IMG/VR virus record: IMGVR_UViG_3300020042_002525
Coordinates: 1-37,686 of that record
Strand: one strand, 5' to 3'
Origin: a virus
Taxonomy: Duplodnaviria > Caudoviricetes
DNA length: 37,686 nucleotides
Shown here: positions 15,698 through 27,100 of the stretch, one piece after another
Layout: each line of letters opens with the position of its first letter
Position numbering within the stretch: position 1 is the stretch's first letter
Position numbers and translations under genes: made by a program
Notes under the pieces: model-generated
What the model was told of the DNA's origin: nothing
Databases searched by the model: none
The model's input: the letters and a program-made list of their open reading frames with translations, nothing else

Positions 15698-16660
15698 ATG
15701 AAAGGTTTTAAGATAATAGAGTTTGCAGATGTTGAGCAGGACTTATACTCCTACCATAAGTACGGTGCTAAGAAAGGTGTTTATGTTGGCTTCGATGCTT
15801 TCGATGGGTTCTATAATATGAAAGAAAGCGGTTGCACAGATTGGACTGGCTTACCTCAGTCAGGTAAGACTGAACTATTATTAGAGTTATTGTTTAACGC
15901 TTCTGAGTTCTATGGCTGGAAGCACTTGCTTTATGTACCTGACATTGGAGATAGTATTGAGGTTATGTGTGCGCTTATTCATAAGTATACCGGTAAGACT
16001 TTTGATAAGCAATATAAGAACTACATCGATATTAAAGAAGCATTTAAGGCTTGCGACTGGTTACTACAACACTTCTTTATATTGGAAAGGATAGATCCAA
16101 AAGCTACTATAACTCCTATTCAATTTTGGGACTATGCTATTAACTTTAAAAAAACTCATGGTATTCATACTGCAACTATTGATAGTTGGAAAGACTTATA
16201 CCATCCTTACTCTGAGTATGGTGGTAACTATGCTATGTACTTATCTAACGTGCTACCTATTCGCAACATGTTAAGTGAGCAACACAACATACACTTTCAC
16301 ACTATTATACACCCTAAGACACCTCGCAGAGATAAGAATGGTAAACTACACCATCCACAAACAGATGATATGGAAGGAGGAGCGCAATGGAATAATAGCG
16401 GTAAATCAATTATAAGCGTACATCGTGAGAGTTACGATAATACCATAGCAGACATACAAATACTAAAGGCTAAGCCTAAGATAGTTGGTAAGCGTGGCAT
16501 GTTATCGCTTAACTTTGATATTGTTTTGAGTAGGTATTACGAAACTTATCCAAGCGGACATAAAATGTATTCACATAGAGAAACTAAAATAGACTTAAAT
16601 GAAAGACGAAACACAGACTTTTTACCAAGAACTGATGAAGGTAATGACACACCCTTCTGA
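15698..16660 (+). CDS. SF4/DnaB-like replicative helicase
   Basis: Walker A GLPQSGKT, TIDSW, IIHP, GGAQW, QILKAK. Confidence 0.78.
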   Translation: MKGFKIIEFADVEQDLYSYHKYGAKKGVYVGFDAFDGFYNMKESGCTDWTGLPQSGKTELLLELLFNASEFYGWKHLLYVPDIGDSIEVMCALIHKYTGKTFDKQYKNYIDIKEAFKACDWLLQHFFILERIDPKATITPIQFWDYAINFKKTHGIHTATIDSWKDLYHPYSEYGGNYAMYLSNVLPIRNMLSEQHNIHFHTIIHPKTPRRDKNGKLHHPQTDDMEGGAQWNNSGKSIISVHRESYDNTIADIQILKAKPKIVGKRGMLSLNFDIVLSRYYETYPSGHKMYSHRETKIDLNERRNTDFLPRTDEGNDTPF

Positions 16661-16958
16661 TGTTATTGTTAACCCAAACGAACACTACACTAACTTAACT
16701 AACTTAAGGCTGTTATACTTTAACATGGACACTAAACTTAAAGCAGCTTTAGAGAAAGGTTTAACAGAAGATAAAGAGATAGAAGCTAAGAAGTCAGTAC
16801 TAACTATAGCTGTTACCATTCGGTATGTAAACGAGATGTATCTTAAGTTAGAACAATTAGAGAAAGAAATTACTAACCAGCAGATAGTTAACTTAAACTT
16901 ACTAATATCTAATAAAGAGAAAGAAGCTAAGATAACCGACTTAATGAATAGAATATGA
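16599..16958 (+). CDS. Hypothetical coiled-coil protein
   Basis: 119 aa; heptad pattern; start uncertain. Confidence 0.55.
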   Translation: MKDETQTFYQELMKVMTHPSDVIVNPNEHYTNLTNLRLLYFNMDTKLKAALEKGLTEDKEIEAKKSVLTIAVTIRYVNEMYLKLEQLEKEITNQQIVNLNLLISNKEKEAKITDLMNRI

Positions 16959-17440
16959 CCATCAAACAATTAAACCAACTGGCACACGAAGCACTATGCG
17001 CTAAGTCTACTATGCCACCATACGCTGTACCCATGCCTAAGTATTCCGATAAGAGTGCTAACGACTTGACGAAGTGTGTATGTGCGTTCCTTACGATTAC
17101 AGGACATCAAGCTGAACGTATATCGAATACAGGTAGGTTCGTTAAACAGAAAGGTGCTAAAGACGAAGTGTTTAATCGTAACTTTGAGCATGGTAAATAT
17201 ATTAAAGGCTCAGGTACTAACGGAACTGCTGACATTAGTTCTACGATTAACGTAAATATTAACGGACATAACGTAGGACTATCTGTTAAATGGGAGGTTA
17301 AAATGAAAGATAAGCAAAGCGAAGCGCAAAAGAAGTATGAGCAAGATGTTAAACAAGCTGGAGGTTATTACTATATCATTCATTCGTTTGATGAGTTCTT
17401 TAGTTATTACGATAACTTACTAACAACATTTAAACAATAG
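16955..17440 (+). CDS. VRR-NUC/PD-(D/E)XK nuclease
   Basis: GTADIS...WEVK...QSEAQK...AGGYYYII. Confidence 0.8.
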   Translation: MTIKQLNQLAHEALCAKSTMPPYAVPMPKYSDKSANDLTKCVCAFLTITGHQAERISNTGRFVKQKGAKDEVFNRNFEHGKYIKGSGTNGTADISSTINVNINGHNVGLSVKWEVKMKDKQSEAQKKYEQDVKQAGGYYYIIHSFDEFFSYYDNLLTTFKQ

Positions 17441-17463
17441 TAGTATAGTTTAATTAACTTATT

Positions 17464-17471
17464 TACTTTTG
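17464..17471 (+). promoter_or_regulatory. -7 element (TACTTTTG) upstream of the terminase operon
   Basis: TAnnTTTG match in an intergenic gap, 6 nt before ATG 17478. Confidence 0.45.
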
Positions 17472-17477
17472 TGTTTT

Positions 17478-17660
17478 ATGGTTAATACTATTTTAGATAA
17501 GTATAATAGCACTATGCAACTCTCTCACAATGAGTGGTTAACTCTATTGACTGAATATAATAGTACTGCTAAGAATAGACTACCGAATGGTTCTATTTCT
17601 TGTGGTAGCTGTAAGACTAAGATGGTTAAATATTTAAACGCTAAGAGAGCAAATGGCTAA
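17478..17660 (+). CDS. Small CxxC protein
   Basis: SCGSC motif; ATG 17478 preferred over the upstream TTG. Confidence 0.6.
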   Translation: MVNTILDKYNSTMQLSHNEWLTLLTEYNSTAKNRLPNGSISCGSCKTKMVKYLNAKRANG

Positions 17661-18093
17661 TACTCAAACTGATATATTAAATCCTGACTTTGAATGTGCT
17701 TTACCTTTTAAAAAAGATAGAGATGGCAATTATGTTATTACACCTAAACACATTGGTGGTAAAAATTGTTTAAGAGATTTAGCAGCATCTAAAGTAAAAG
17801 ATGCTTATATTTATTTTATAAATATAGATGGAACTGATAAATATAAAATAGGAGTTTCTACAAATCCTAAAAGAAGATTAAGAGATATATCTTCAGGTAT
17901 ACCATTTGAATTAAATATATTGTCTATTCACTTTATAAAAGATGTTTATAAGTACGAACAATCATTTATAGATAAATATAAAGCTAATCTAATAAAAGCA
18001 GAATGGTTTCACTTCAATATAGAAACTGCAAAAGAAATAATGATTACTTTACACAATAAAGAAGTAACAGATGCATCCAACGAGAATATTTAA
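17653..18093 (+). CDS. GIY-YIG superfamily protein (T5orf172/Mug113-like)
   Basis: YIYFI...YKIGVSTNPKRRL...EWF. Confidence 0.8.
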   Translation: MANTQTDILNPDFECALPFKKDRDGNYVITPKHIGGKNCLRDLAASKVKDAYIYFINIDGTDKYKIGVSTNPKRRLRDISSGIPFELNILSIHFIKDVYKYEQSFIDKYKANLIKAEWFHFNIETAKEIMITLHNKEVTDASNENI

Positions 18094-18526
18094 AGACTCA
18101 GATGAGTTAGAGAAAGTTTGGGAGTCTTTTAAAAAAGATGTAAAAGAACAATCAAACGAATGGGTTAAAGTTCAATATGTAGGTAAAGATGGTATAAGAG
18201 TTGAAGAGCCTACTAAAGTTCCTTTAACTTTTGAAGGATTTAAAAGATATTGCAGAAAAGAATATGGAGAAGTTGAACAATATTTTACTAATCAAGGAGA
18301 GTATTATTCTGAGTTCGTTGGTATCTGTCGTGCGATTAAAAACGAAATAAGAGAAAACCAAATTATTGGTGGTCTTTTAGGATTTCACAATCCTTCTATT
18401 ACTCAACGTTTAAATGGTCTTAAAGAACAAGTAGAAAGCGAAGTAAAGAACTCAATATCTATTCTCAACATTGATCCATTAGATGATTCAACAGACCACC
18501 TCCTTACGAAAGATAGCAAGTCTTAA
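18071..18526 (+). CDS. terS: Terminase small subunit (P22 gp3-like)
   Basis: PLTFEGF and GGLLGFHNPSITQRLNGL; directly upstream of terL. Confidence 0.75.
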   Translation: MHPTRIFKDSDELEKVWESFKKDVKEQSNEWVKVQYVGKDGIRVEEPTKVPLTFEGFKRYCRKEYGEVEQYFTNQGEYYSEFVGICRAIKNEIRENQIIGGLLGFHNPSITQRLNGLKEQVESEVKNSISILNIDPLDDSTDHLLTKDSKS

Positions 18527-19676
18527 GAAAAGGATTAAAGTTATTCGTGGTGGTCAAGGTGCTGGTAAAACAATATCAGTTCTAATATTACTAATCAATC
18601 ATGCAGCATCTAAGCCTGACAAAGAGATACTAATTATATCTGCTGAGTTAACTAAGATGCGTTTAACAGTTATTAAAGACTTCGTTAAACTAATGAAGCT
18701 AATCGGAATATACGAAGAGCGTAACTTCTTAGCCGGCACGTTGTATCGTTTCGCTAATGGTTCGTTTATAAAGTTTATTGGATTAGATAAGGCAGATGTA
18801 GGTAAAGGTTTACGTTCCGATGTAGCCTACTTTAATGAGGTTAACAAGTGCGACTTTGAAAGCTACCGACAAGTAGCCAGTAGAGCAAATATAGTTTATG
18901 CCGATTACAATCCCGACGCTGAGTTCTATATCGATACCGATGTTATACCACGAGAGGACTGCGACTTCTTACAGCTTACGTTTCAGGATAACGAACTGCT
19001 TAATGAGAATGAGCGCAGTGAGATATTGATGTATAAAGATAAAGGTTACTATACCGATGGTACAATCAAGTCGGGTTATTGGGCGAACCTTTGGCAAGTG
19101 TATGGCTTAGGTAACATAGGCAACCTGCAAGGGGTTGTATTCGATAACTGGCAACAATGCGATTCAATACCAAGTGAGGCTAAGTTTATAGCTTATGGCA
19201 TGGACTTTGGCTTTAGTTCCGATCCAACTACATTAGTTAAAGTATTCAAATACGATAACGAGTTATACATCGATGAGTACATTTACCAAACAGGGTTAAC
19301 TAACAGCGATATAATTAAACGCTTCGAATCGTTAAACATATCGAAGCATGATTACATCATTGCAGATAGTGCTGAGCCTAAAAGTATTGAGGACTTAAAG
19401 CGTGCTGGCTATTCGATTAACGGAGCGAACAAAGGTGCCGATAGTATTCGCAATTCAATAGATACCTTACAGCAGTTCGAGTTAAAGATAACTAAGAATT
19501 CTATTAACATTATTAAAGAACTAAGAGCGTATAAATGGGAGGAGGATAGGTTCGGTAAGACTACTAACAAGCCATGCGATAACAATAACCATACGATAGA
19601 TGCCATTCGTTATGTAGCTTTGAATAAAATTAACAAAGGGAATGGAAACTTTGACTATGGCTTTGCAATAAGTTAG
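18483..19676 (+). CDS. terL: Terminase large subunit (PBSX/SPP1-like)
   Basis: RGGQGAGKT, FNE, DYNP, GMDFGFSSDP, ADSAEPK, NHTIDAIRY. Confidence 0.95.
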   Translation: MIQQTTSLRKIASLKKRIKVIRGGQGAGKTISVLILLINHAASKPDKEILIISAELTKMRLTVIKDFVKLMKLIGIYEERNFLAGTLYRFANGSFIKFIGLDKADVGKGLRSDVAYFNEVNKCDFESYRQVASRANIVYADYNPDAEFYIDTDVIPREDCDFLQLTFQDNELLNENERSEILMYKDKGYYTDGTIKSGYWANLWQVYGLGNIGNLQGVVFDNWQQCDSIPSEAKFIAYGMDFGFSSDPTTLVKVFKYDNELYIDEYIYQTGLTNSDIIKRFESLNISKHDYIIADSAEPKSIEDLKRAGYSINGANKGADSIRNSIDTLQQFELKITKNSINIIKELRAYKWEEDRFGKTTNKPCDNNNHTIDAIRYVALNKINKGNGNFDYGFAIS

Positions 19677-19691
19677 AACTAATTACACTAT
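19662..19691 (+). promoter_or_regulatory. Putative late promoter of the tail operon
   Basis: TTTGCAA-N15-TACACTAT-N4-ATG; same layout as 33574-33603. Confidence 0.7.
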
Positions 19692-19695
19692 AAGC

Positions 19696-20418
19696 ATGAA
19701 GACTTACAATCAAGTAATATCATTCTTTAACTCAATAGCTAATGCGCACTACTTTATTAAGTCGTTTGGTAATGGCTGGGACACCGAAGCTGACTTACTT
19801 AAGAACAATACTTATCCTTACCTTCATGTAACACCACTTGCTAATACTATAGACGAAAATACAACATCGTTTAGAGTTGGTATAGTTGTTTGTGATTTGG
19901 TTAAGGAAGACGAGAGCAACTTAAACGAAGTACTAAGCGATACAAACCAAACGATTAAAGACATCGTTAAGATATTACGAAACGAAAATAACGAATACGG
20001 AATATTAGAGAGTCCAAGTTGCACACCATTTAGAGATAAGTATGCGGACTTAGTTGCAGGGTGGCAATGTGAGATGACAGTTGAGGTTAACTTCGATAAC
20101 AACTACTGCGATATACCGAGTGGGTCGTTTGGAGATACTGGCGCAGGTTGCCCTGTAGTTTTAATTTATGACGAAGATGGTAATGTAATAGATACAATCG
20201 AAGCTGGTGGTAGTTACGTTTGTAATACAGGCGGTGGCGGTGTTTGTTTAGATGCCAATGTAACTAACAGCAACTCAACTTATAGCAATACAGTTGCAAG
20301 TGGAGGTACTTTAATACTTGCAGATACTACTTATTCGATATACGTTAACGGAGTATTGAACGCAACTACAACACTACCAACATTAGACAATTCACAAAAC
20401 ATTAATATAACTGCATAA
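19696..20418 (+). CDS. Virion protein (tail completion/terminator-like N-domain with extension)
   Basis: First gene of the tail operon; YPYLHV...AGW pattern; position-based. Confidence 0.45.
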   Translation: MKTYNQVISFFNSIANAHYFIKSFGNGWDTEADLLKNNTYPYLHVTPLANTIDENTTSFRVGIVVCDLVKEDESNLNEVLSDTNQTIKDIVKILRNENNEYGILESPSCTPFRDKYADLVAGWQCEMTVEVNFDNNYCDIPSGSFGDTGAGCPVVLIYDEDGNVIDTIEAGGSYVCNTGGGGVCLDANVTNSNSTYSNTVASGGTLILADTTYSIYVNGVLNATTTLPTLDNSQNINITA

Positions 20419-21653
20419 TGCCAAATATAAATCTAACAGGTGTAGAAGCTACAGCGAATAAGAGTACCAACGTTAATACCGATCAAGCAAGTAATACTAA
20501 GTACCCAAGTGTTAAGTCTGTTTACGACTGGGCAGTAGGTAAGTTTGCTGCTCTAACTGGCGCTACATTTACAGGTGCAATTAGTGCTACTAACTTAAGC
20601 GGAACGAATACAGGCGACCAAGACTTAAGCGGTTATGCAACTACTTCAGGACTTAACTCTAATTACTTAGCAAAGCAAAGCGGTATATCTCCAAACAACA
20701 TTCAAAATAGTGGAATAACTAATAATGCCAATATAACTGCTTTAGTTAACGCTGCAAGTTTAGATTATCAATTACAAGACTTTATATCTACAAATGCAAA
20801 CACAAGGATAGGTACAGATGGCACAAGTCCGTTTATCATTTACGATTCTTTTAATGGTAGGTATGTATTAACAATAGTTCAGAATGGCGATATAAGTTTA
20901 AATCCAACAGCAGGAAAAACTATTGCAAATGGTAACTTAACTATGAATGCAGAAACAGCCTCAACAATGGCTGAGATAGATGCAAGTAAAAATATTAAGT
21001 CTATAACAGTTGCTAACTCTCGTACAAGATTAGGAATAACAAGCGGAACTATTATAGTAACAAGTGGCACATCATTTACAACACCATCAACAATTACAAC
21101 TGCAACTACATTCTGTATTGAGTTAGTTGGAGCAGGTGGTGGCGGTGGCGGTCGTTCTGCCGCTAACTTAAGCGGTTCGGGTGGCGGTGGCGGTGGTTAT
21201 GTGTTTGTTAAACTAACAGGCTTAACTGCATCAACTACTTACACTTGTGCTATAGGTACTGGAGGAACAGGAGGAGCAGACGCAACAAATGGAAATGATG
21301 GTGGAAACACTACTTTAACTATTGGAGCAACAACTTATACTGCAAGTGGAGGAATAAAAGGTCTAACTGCTGCAAGTTCAGCAGGGGGTGCAGGAGGTAC
21401 TGGAACGAATGGAGATATAAATATAACAGGTCAAGCAGGAGCAGCAACTGTATCTACAGCATCGGTAGCAACTTTAGCAGCCGAGGGTGGAGACTCTATT
21501 AGATGGGGGTTAGGAGGTAACGCACCATACACAAGCACATCGTATGCAGGCACTGGTTATGGTGGTGGTGGTTCGTCTGCTAAAGGTGCAGCAGCAAATG
21601 CAGTAGGCGGTGCAGGAAGTAATGGTATAATTTATTGCGAATACATAAACTAA
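20418..21653 (+). CDS. Glycine-rich tail fibre-like protein
   Basis: NLSGTNTGDQ motif; C-terminal VGAGGGGG...GGGGG glycine-rich domain. Confidence 0.65.
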   Translation: MPNINLTGVEATANKSTNVNTDQASNTKYPSVKSVYDWAVGKFAALTGATFTGAISATNLSGTNTGDQDLSGYATTSGLNSNYLAKQSGISPNNIQNSGITNNANITALVNAASLDYQLQDFISTNANTRIGTDGTSPFIIYDSFNGRYVLTIVQNGDISLNPTAGKTIANGNLTMNAETASTMAEIDASKNIKSITVANSRTRLGITSGTIIVTSGTSFTTPSTITTATTFCIELVGAGGGGGGRSAANLSGSGGGGGGYVFVKLTGLTASTTYTCAIGTGGTGGADATNGNDGGNTTLTIGATTYTASGGIKGLTAASSAGGAGGTGTNGDINITGQAGAATVSTASVATLAAEGGDSIRWGLGGNAPYTSTSYAGTGYGGGGSSAKGAAANAVGGAGSNGIIYCEYIN

Positions 21654-21657
21654 GAAT

Positions 21658-22002
21658 ATGAAATACATTTTAAAAAACTATTTGTTTGGTGCAGAAACTC
21701 CAGTTAAGGCTATAGGCTTTGAATTAGTAACACCTGAAACAACAGACGAAAACGGAGTAGTAACTCCTCCTGTTTACTCAGATGTTGTTAAGTATGATAC
21801 TAACATAGCACTACCAACTATTGCAGAAGGCGATGAAGCATACTACGTTAACGTTAACCTATGGATAAAAGAGGAAAACGATTTAATACCACCATTTGAA
21901 AAGCTGTTACCGATAGTATCGCTTAACTCGATGACTGGCTTTGAAGTAGATGCACAACGTGAGGCATTTGTTACTAACTACATGGATTCGATAAATGAGT
22001 AA
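21658..22002 (+). CDS. Hypothetical protein (possible fibre partner)
   Basis: 114 aa, acidic; follows the fibre-like gene. Confidence 0.55.
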   Translation: MKYILKNYLFGAETPVKAIGFELVTPETTDENGVVTPPVYSDVVKYDTNIALPTIAEGDEAYYVNVNLWIKEENDLIPPFEKLLPIVSLNSMTGFEVDAQREAFVTNYMDSINE

Positions 22003-22459
22003 GGAATTAGACAAACAGAAAGTAATAGACTTCTTTAGTCAAGAAGATGTAGGTATACCTTGCCCTGAAGGGTTAAGAGGTGTAACATTTAACTTAGAGC
22101 AAGAAGCTAAGCTAATTAGATTCGCAACTATACGTAGGTCAGTTGTTAAAGTGCCACTACCTGAAAAAAAAAAGGAAGGGACATACTATAAATACGATGC
22201 GAAGCCTGACGCTGTATTTGATGGTGCAGGTATTATAGACCAAAAGAGTAGGGACTTCTGTAGAATTATTGTAAGGCTTAATAAACTTTACACTAAAGAA
22301 AAGATTAGTCGTATCTCGTTTCAACTACGTTACAGCGTGTTTAGTTTAGCAGGTGGTATTAATTGCAGACACCAATGGGAGAAAGTAGTTGAGGATAGAA
22401 GTCCGAGAGAAACGCCACCTAAAGGAAAGGTTTATGTTAACCCAGTACCCGGTAAGTAA
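21995..22459 (+). CDS. Hypothetical protein with a MuF-like Cys/His C-terminal motif
   Basis: SRDFCR...GGINCRHQW. Confidence 0.5.
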   Translation: MSKELDKQKVIDFFSQEDVGIPCPEGLRGVTFNLEQEAKLIRFATIRRSVVKVPLPEKKKEGTYYKYDAKPDAVFDGAGIIDQKSRDFCRIIVRLNKLYTKEKISRISFQLRYSVFSLAGGINCRHQWEKVVEDRSPRETPPKGKVYVNPVPGK

Positions 22460-22932
22460 TGGCTACTAACATTGCTAAAGAGTTTCCAAACACTTACGCA
22501 CTATTCAATAAGTATGGTGCGCAAGTAGTTGCTGAGATGCGGACACGTTTGTTTAACAACGGAAGCATAGCAAGTGAAACACTTTACAATAGTTTAGACT
22601 TTGAAGTATTTGCAGAGAACAAAGAGTTAGACCTCGCCTTTATAATGGAAGACTATGGCGACTTCGTAGACAAAGGTCGTAATGGTAAGCTAAAGAAGTG
22701 GCGTAACGATGGGAGTTCAAGTCCTAAGTTTCCGCCACTTGCTCCACTAAAAGAATGGGTAAGGCTAAAGGGTATAGATGACGATGCTGTTTATCCTATC
22801 CAACGTAAGATAGGGTTGTTTGGTATTGCACCAACTAACTTTTATACGATAAGCACAACAAGGAGGCAAAAGCAATTTTTAGAGAATGTTAAAAAAACAA
22901 TTCAATTAGATTTGAAGCAATCAGTTAAGTAA
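22459..22932 (+). CDS. Putative neck/tail completion protein
   Basis: LYNSL, YGDFVDKGR, GIAPT pattern. Confidence 0.5.
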   Translation: MATNIAKEFPNTYALFNKYGAQVVAEMRTRLFNNGSIASETLYNSLDFEVFAENKELDLAFIMEDYGDFVDKGRNGKLKKWRNDGSSSPKFPPLAPLKEWVRLKGIDDDAVYPIQRKIGLFGIAPTNFYTISTTRRQKQFLENVKKTIQLDLKQSVK

Positions 22933-24155
22933 TGGCAATAACAATAGTAAGCGAACCGACAATACATCAACCTGTTTATAACTACCTTAACTACAAAGTT
23001 ACGAGTACTAACTCAGGTAATACAGGATTCAAATACATTTACGATACCTATATCGATGGGGTGTTGGTGTTTACTTCTTACAATGCTCCTGCTCCTGACG
23101 CTGCTGGTTATACAAACATAGGTAGGGTAGTTGAAAGCTACTTAACTAATGATGGTAGTAGCTTATTAACAGGTAGCAATGCACGAACATTATGTTTGAA
23201 TAGCTATGTTGAGAGCGTACAACTTAAAGTAGGCGAGCAATATTTAGTAGCTGGTGTAATAACTAACTACCCTACATTAGCAACAAGCACAACTATCTAT
23301 CCATTTAATGGAGCGTTAAACTATTTAGACAGAGCATCTTATTTAGATACTCAGTTTATAATGAATAATACAGTAGGCAGTTTAAGATTCTTAACTAACA
23401 TGCCTAACGAAGTAAATGTATATCGTGACCAATGGCAATGGCTTACTTTAATGCGTGCAAGTATTAATGTAAACGGAATGCAAGTATCGTTTTACAATTC
23501 TACAGGAGCAAGTTTAGGAACTGCAAACATATTATTAAATACAGATGCTACTTTAGTTAGTGGTCGTTTGATTAGAATTAATGCAGGGTTAGAGAACTTA
23601 GCCAATGTAAGTAACGCATACTTCGTTACACCATTCGATATAACAGCTATACAAGATGATGTAAGCTATTACACAATCTTTGTTTACAATACAACAAGTA
23701 GTAATAAGCTGAGTGAGTTGTTTACGTTTAACGTGCAGGATAGGAACTGCAAGTTTGATGGTAAAGAGTTATACTTTCAAAATAGATTTGGAGCGTTTGA
23801 GTCGTTTACTTTTAACTTAGTAAGTACACAAAGCGCAACTATTGAAAAGTCAACATACACTAACAACAATGTTTACTCACAAGTATTCTATCAAAGTACA
23901 GATAGACTTACAACATCAATAGGCAATATAACCAAAGATACATTTACAGCAACAAGCGACTGGATAACAGAAGCTGAGAGCCTATGGTTATTAGAACTAA
24001 TTGAAAGTCCTGTAGTGTATTTGAATTATAACGACACGTTGTTACCTATCAACATTACAACTAATAGTTACGATGTTTATACTAAGCAGAACAAAAAGAT
24101 GTTTAACATTAAGATAGACTATCAATATACATTTAACAACGATACACAACGCTAA
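22932..24155 (+). CDS. Tail structural protein (distal tail/baseplate-like)
   Basis: 407 aa, beta-rich; FQNRFGAFESF and LIESPVV. Confidence 0.55.
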   Translation: MAITIVSEPTIHQPVYNYLNYKVTSTNSGNTGFKYIYDTYIDGVLVFTSYNAPAPDAAGYTNIGRVVESYLTNDGSSLLTGSNARTLCLNSYVESVQLKVGEQYLVAGVITNYPTLATSTTIYPFNGALNYLDRASYLDTQFIMNNTVGSLRFLTNMPNEVNVYRDQWQWLTLMRASINVNGMQVSFYNSTGASLGTANILLNTDATLVSGRLIRINAGLENLANVSNAYFVTPFDITAIQDDVSYYTIFVYNTTSSNKLSELFTFNVQDRNCKFDGKELYFQNRFGAFESFTFNLVSTQSATIEKSTYTNNNVYSQVFYQSTDRLTTSIGNITKDTFTATSDWITEAESLWLLELIESPVVYLNYNDTLLPINITTNSYDVYTKQNKKMFNIKIDYQYTFNNDTQR

Positions 24156-27100
24156 TGGCTACACGTTTAGAACTTAAGAATGCAGTTAGCAACATAGTAG
24201 AGTATGCGCCTCAGATTAATATCTTTGATAATGATTATGTAGGTACTTCTTTATTTGGGACTGAGCAGTTTGGAGGAGGCTATCGCTTATCGTTTCAGAA
24301 TGATGACCTAAACACTACAGCTATAACTTATCCTGCAACACCAACTAACTTAACTAATGGCGTTCAATACTTAGTAAAGGTAGATGTAAAGCTAAACAAT
24401 AGTAGAGGTTTTGCGGTGCCTGTAGTAATAACTAACCCAAACACCTTAACTATTACTTTAGGCAATACAATAACAGCAGCTAATAGTTTAGTACTTACAA
24501 ATGTAAACGGAACTTTCGAGCAAGTAGTTACCTGCTCAGCAAACAACTTAGTGCTAACAGGTTACAATCCCGAAGTAGGAAACTTTAAAGTAAACAGCTT
24601 ATCGATTACAGAAGTAGAACCCGAAGACTTAAGCGAGTTAGACTTATACGATGACATTCCCTTTCCTTTAACGTTTAAAGTAGACGATATAACTAATCCT
24701 GAAACACGTACTAACTCATTTAGTAAAACATTAGTTATACCGGGAACTAAAAGAAACAATAAGATATTTAATCATATCTTCGATATAGAAGCCGATAGTA
24801 CTTTTGATCCTAACAGAAAGTTAGACATACGATTAACCAAAGACACCTATACTCAGTTCGACGGGGTGCTTAAGTTAAACAAGATATTACTAAACGATTC
24901 AAAGCAAGTAGACTACGAAGTAACATTGTTTGGTCAAGTATCAAATATGTTTATGGAGTTAGGCGATTCGATGTTGGAAGACTTAAACTTTAGCGAATAC
25001 AACCACGTACTAAACAGAACTAATCAGTTCAATAGTTGGGGTTCGTCATTTGTAGGAGCGCAAGGTGTTGTAATTAATGGCGTAGTAACTGATAACTTTA
25101 CAGAAACGTATAGAGGTAACCCATCGCCTAATGGTCAAGGCTATGTATATTGTTTAATATGCAATGGTAAAGGTAACTATACCTACAACATACTTGCAGA
25201 TAGAGCAGGAGTAGATGGTAGCCTTGCTCAGTATAGGGTAGCAGATATAGGCTTAGGTTTTTATGCTTACGATTACCTTACACGAATAGCAGCAAGTGCA
25301 GGATATACAATTACTTCTGACTTCTTTGAGAGTGCATTGTTTAAAAAGTTAGTAATACCACCAGCAGAGAAACAATTTTTACTTAGTGTTGCGCAAGTAG
25401 AAAGTAGGTTGTTTAACGTACTAAGTAATGACAAAGGTATTCAATTAAGATTTGGCTTAGCTAATGCAGGTATTCCACAAGTAGATACTATTCGGTACAA
25501 CAATATAGTAAGCGATACAAGTGGAGGTTACTTTGCAGGAGGAGATGGTGTATGGTATTGCCAAAAGTCAGGCTGTTATAACTTCGCTTCGACTATTGGT
25601 TTACGATGGGAGTACGACAACTTAAAACTTCCTGTAGGTACCTTTAGAATAGGAGCGCAAACAATAGAATTTACAGGAGGTACACCAAGCGTATTAAAGC
25701 CTGTTTACACAAACTTTTATTTAGGCGAAAGTTTTATAGAAGTTATTCGTATTCGTAATGGGGTGCTTACAACATTAGGGCAAGTAGATATTGAGATAGA
25801 GCAAGACCAAACAGCTATAACAGCAGCTACAGGTAACAGTCCTACTTATGAATTTAGTATAAGAGCAGAAAATATAGATTGTTTAGTAGATGACCAAATC
25901 TATTGCGCAGTAAGAGCGAAGCATAAACTTCAAACCGATGGCAGTCCTAACTATAACCCTGATAGACTTAATATCGATGTAGAGGGTAATCTTTATCCTG
26001 CTGCTGGTATGTTTATTTATAGACAAGTAAACGGAACAGATACAGAGAACTTCCCTACATGGATAGGCAACGGAACAAACTCTAATAAGTTTCCACTAAC
26101 ATCTAACTTAAGCGTAGACTTTGAAACTGGCGGAATAGCTACATTAGTTATGCGCTCAGGATATACCTTTGCAAACGAAGTAGTAAACAATGGTGTTACT
26201 GAAGGCGAACTATTAGATGTAAATGTTTATGTACCTAAGAACGTAAGACAGGCAGACTTCTTTAAATGGATATTAAAGATGTTCAACTGCTTTGTATTAA
26301 CAGACGCAACTAACCCAACAAACTTACTTATAGAACCAAGAGAGGACTTTATAACAAGTAACTACTTAAGCTGGGACACGAAGTTAGATACAAGCAAAGA
26401 AATAGAAGTACTACCATTAGGCGACTTAGATGCTAAGAAGTATATCTTTAAGTATCAAGAGGATGCTGACTACTTAAATACAATTACTTTAAAAAATACT
26501 AAGTTAGTTTATGGCACCAAAGAGATAGAGTTTGATAGTGACTGGCTTAGTGGAACTAAAGACTTAGGCGTAGGTTTTAGCCCTACCATTAATGCAAGGC
26601 AGTTCAGTAATAAGATTGCGCTACCTACAATAATGAGCGAAACAAACGAACCTATAGATGCAAACATTCGTATTATGTTTTACAACTATGCCGATGGGTA
26701 TGAGCCACAATGGTTACACATTTGGCAAACAGGAGGCGTTACAAATTACACGCCTACATACATGCCAGCGTTAAGTATGTTTGATGACCTTTACAATCCA
26801 AATGAGAGTTTAGAGTTTGGAATAAGTTTAACAGGTATGTACGATGTAAGTCCTACCTATCCAAATGTAAGACTAACTTATTCTAACAATACGTTGTTCA
26901 ATAAATATTATAGCAAGTATACAAGTGAGTTAACAGATAAAGATAGTAGACTTATAACAGCTTACTTTGACTTAACGCCTATTGATATCTATCAATTAGA
27001 CTTTAGTAAGTTGTACTTCTTTGGTGGTCACTGGTGTAGGTTGTATGCTGTAGAGGATTACGATCCATTTGTAAGCGAAACAACAAAAGTAACATTCTTA

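Noticed and set aside
17478-17489. Shared TGGTTAATACT (MVNT) start with the sigma-like gene at 3680, as a rearrangement scar
   Set aside because: Only 11 nt of AT-rich identity; cannot be distinguished from chance without relatives
22164-22173. A10 tract as a phase-variation or frameshift site
   Set aside because: The frame is intact (EKKKE) and A-runs are common in this AT-rich genome
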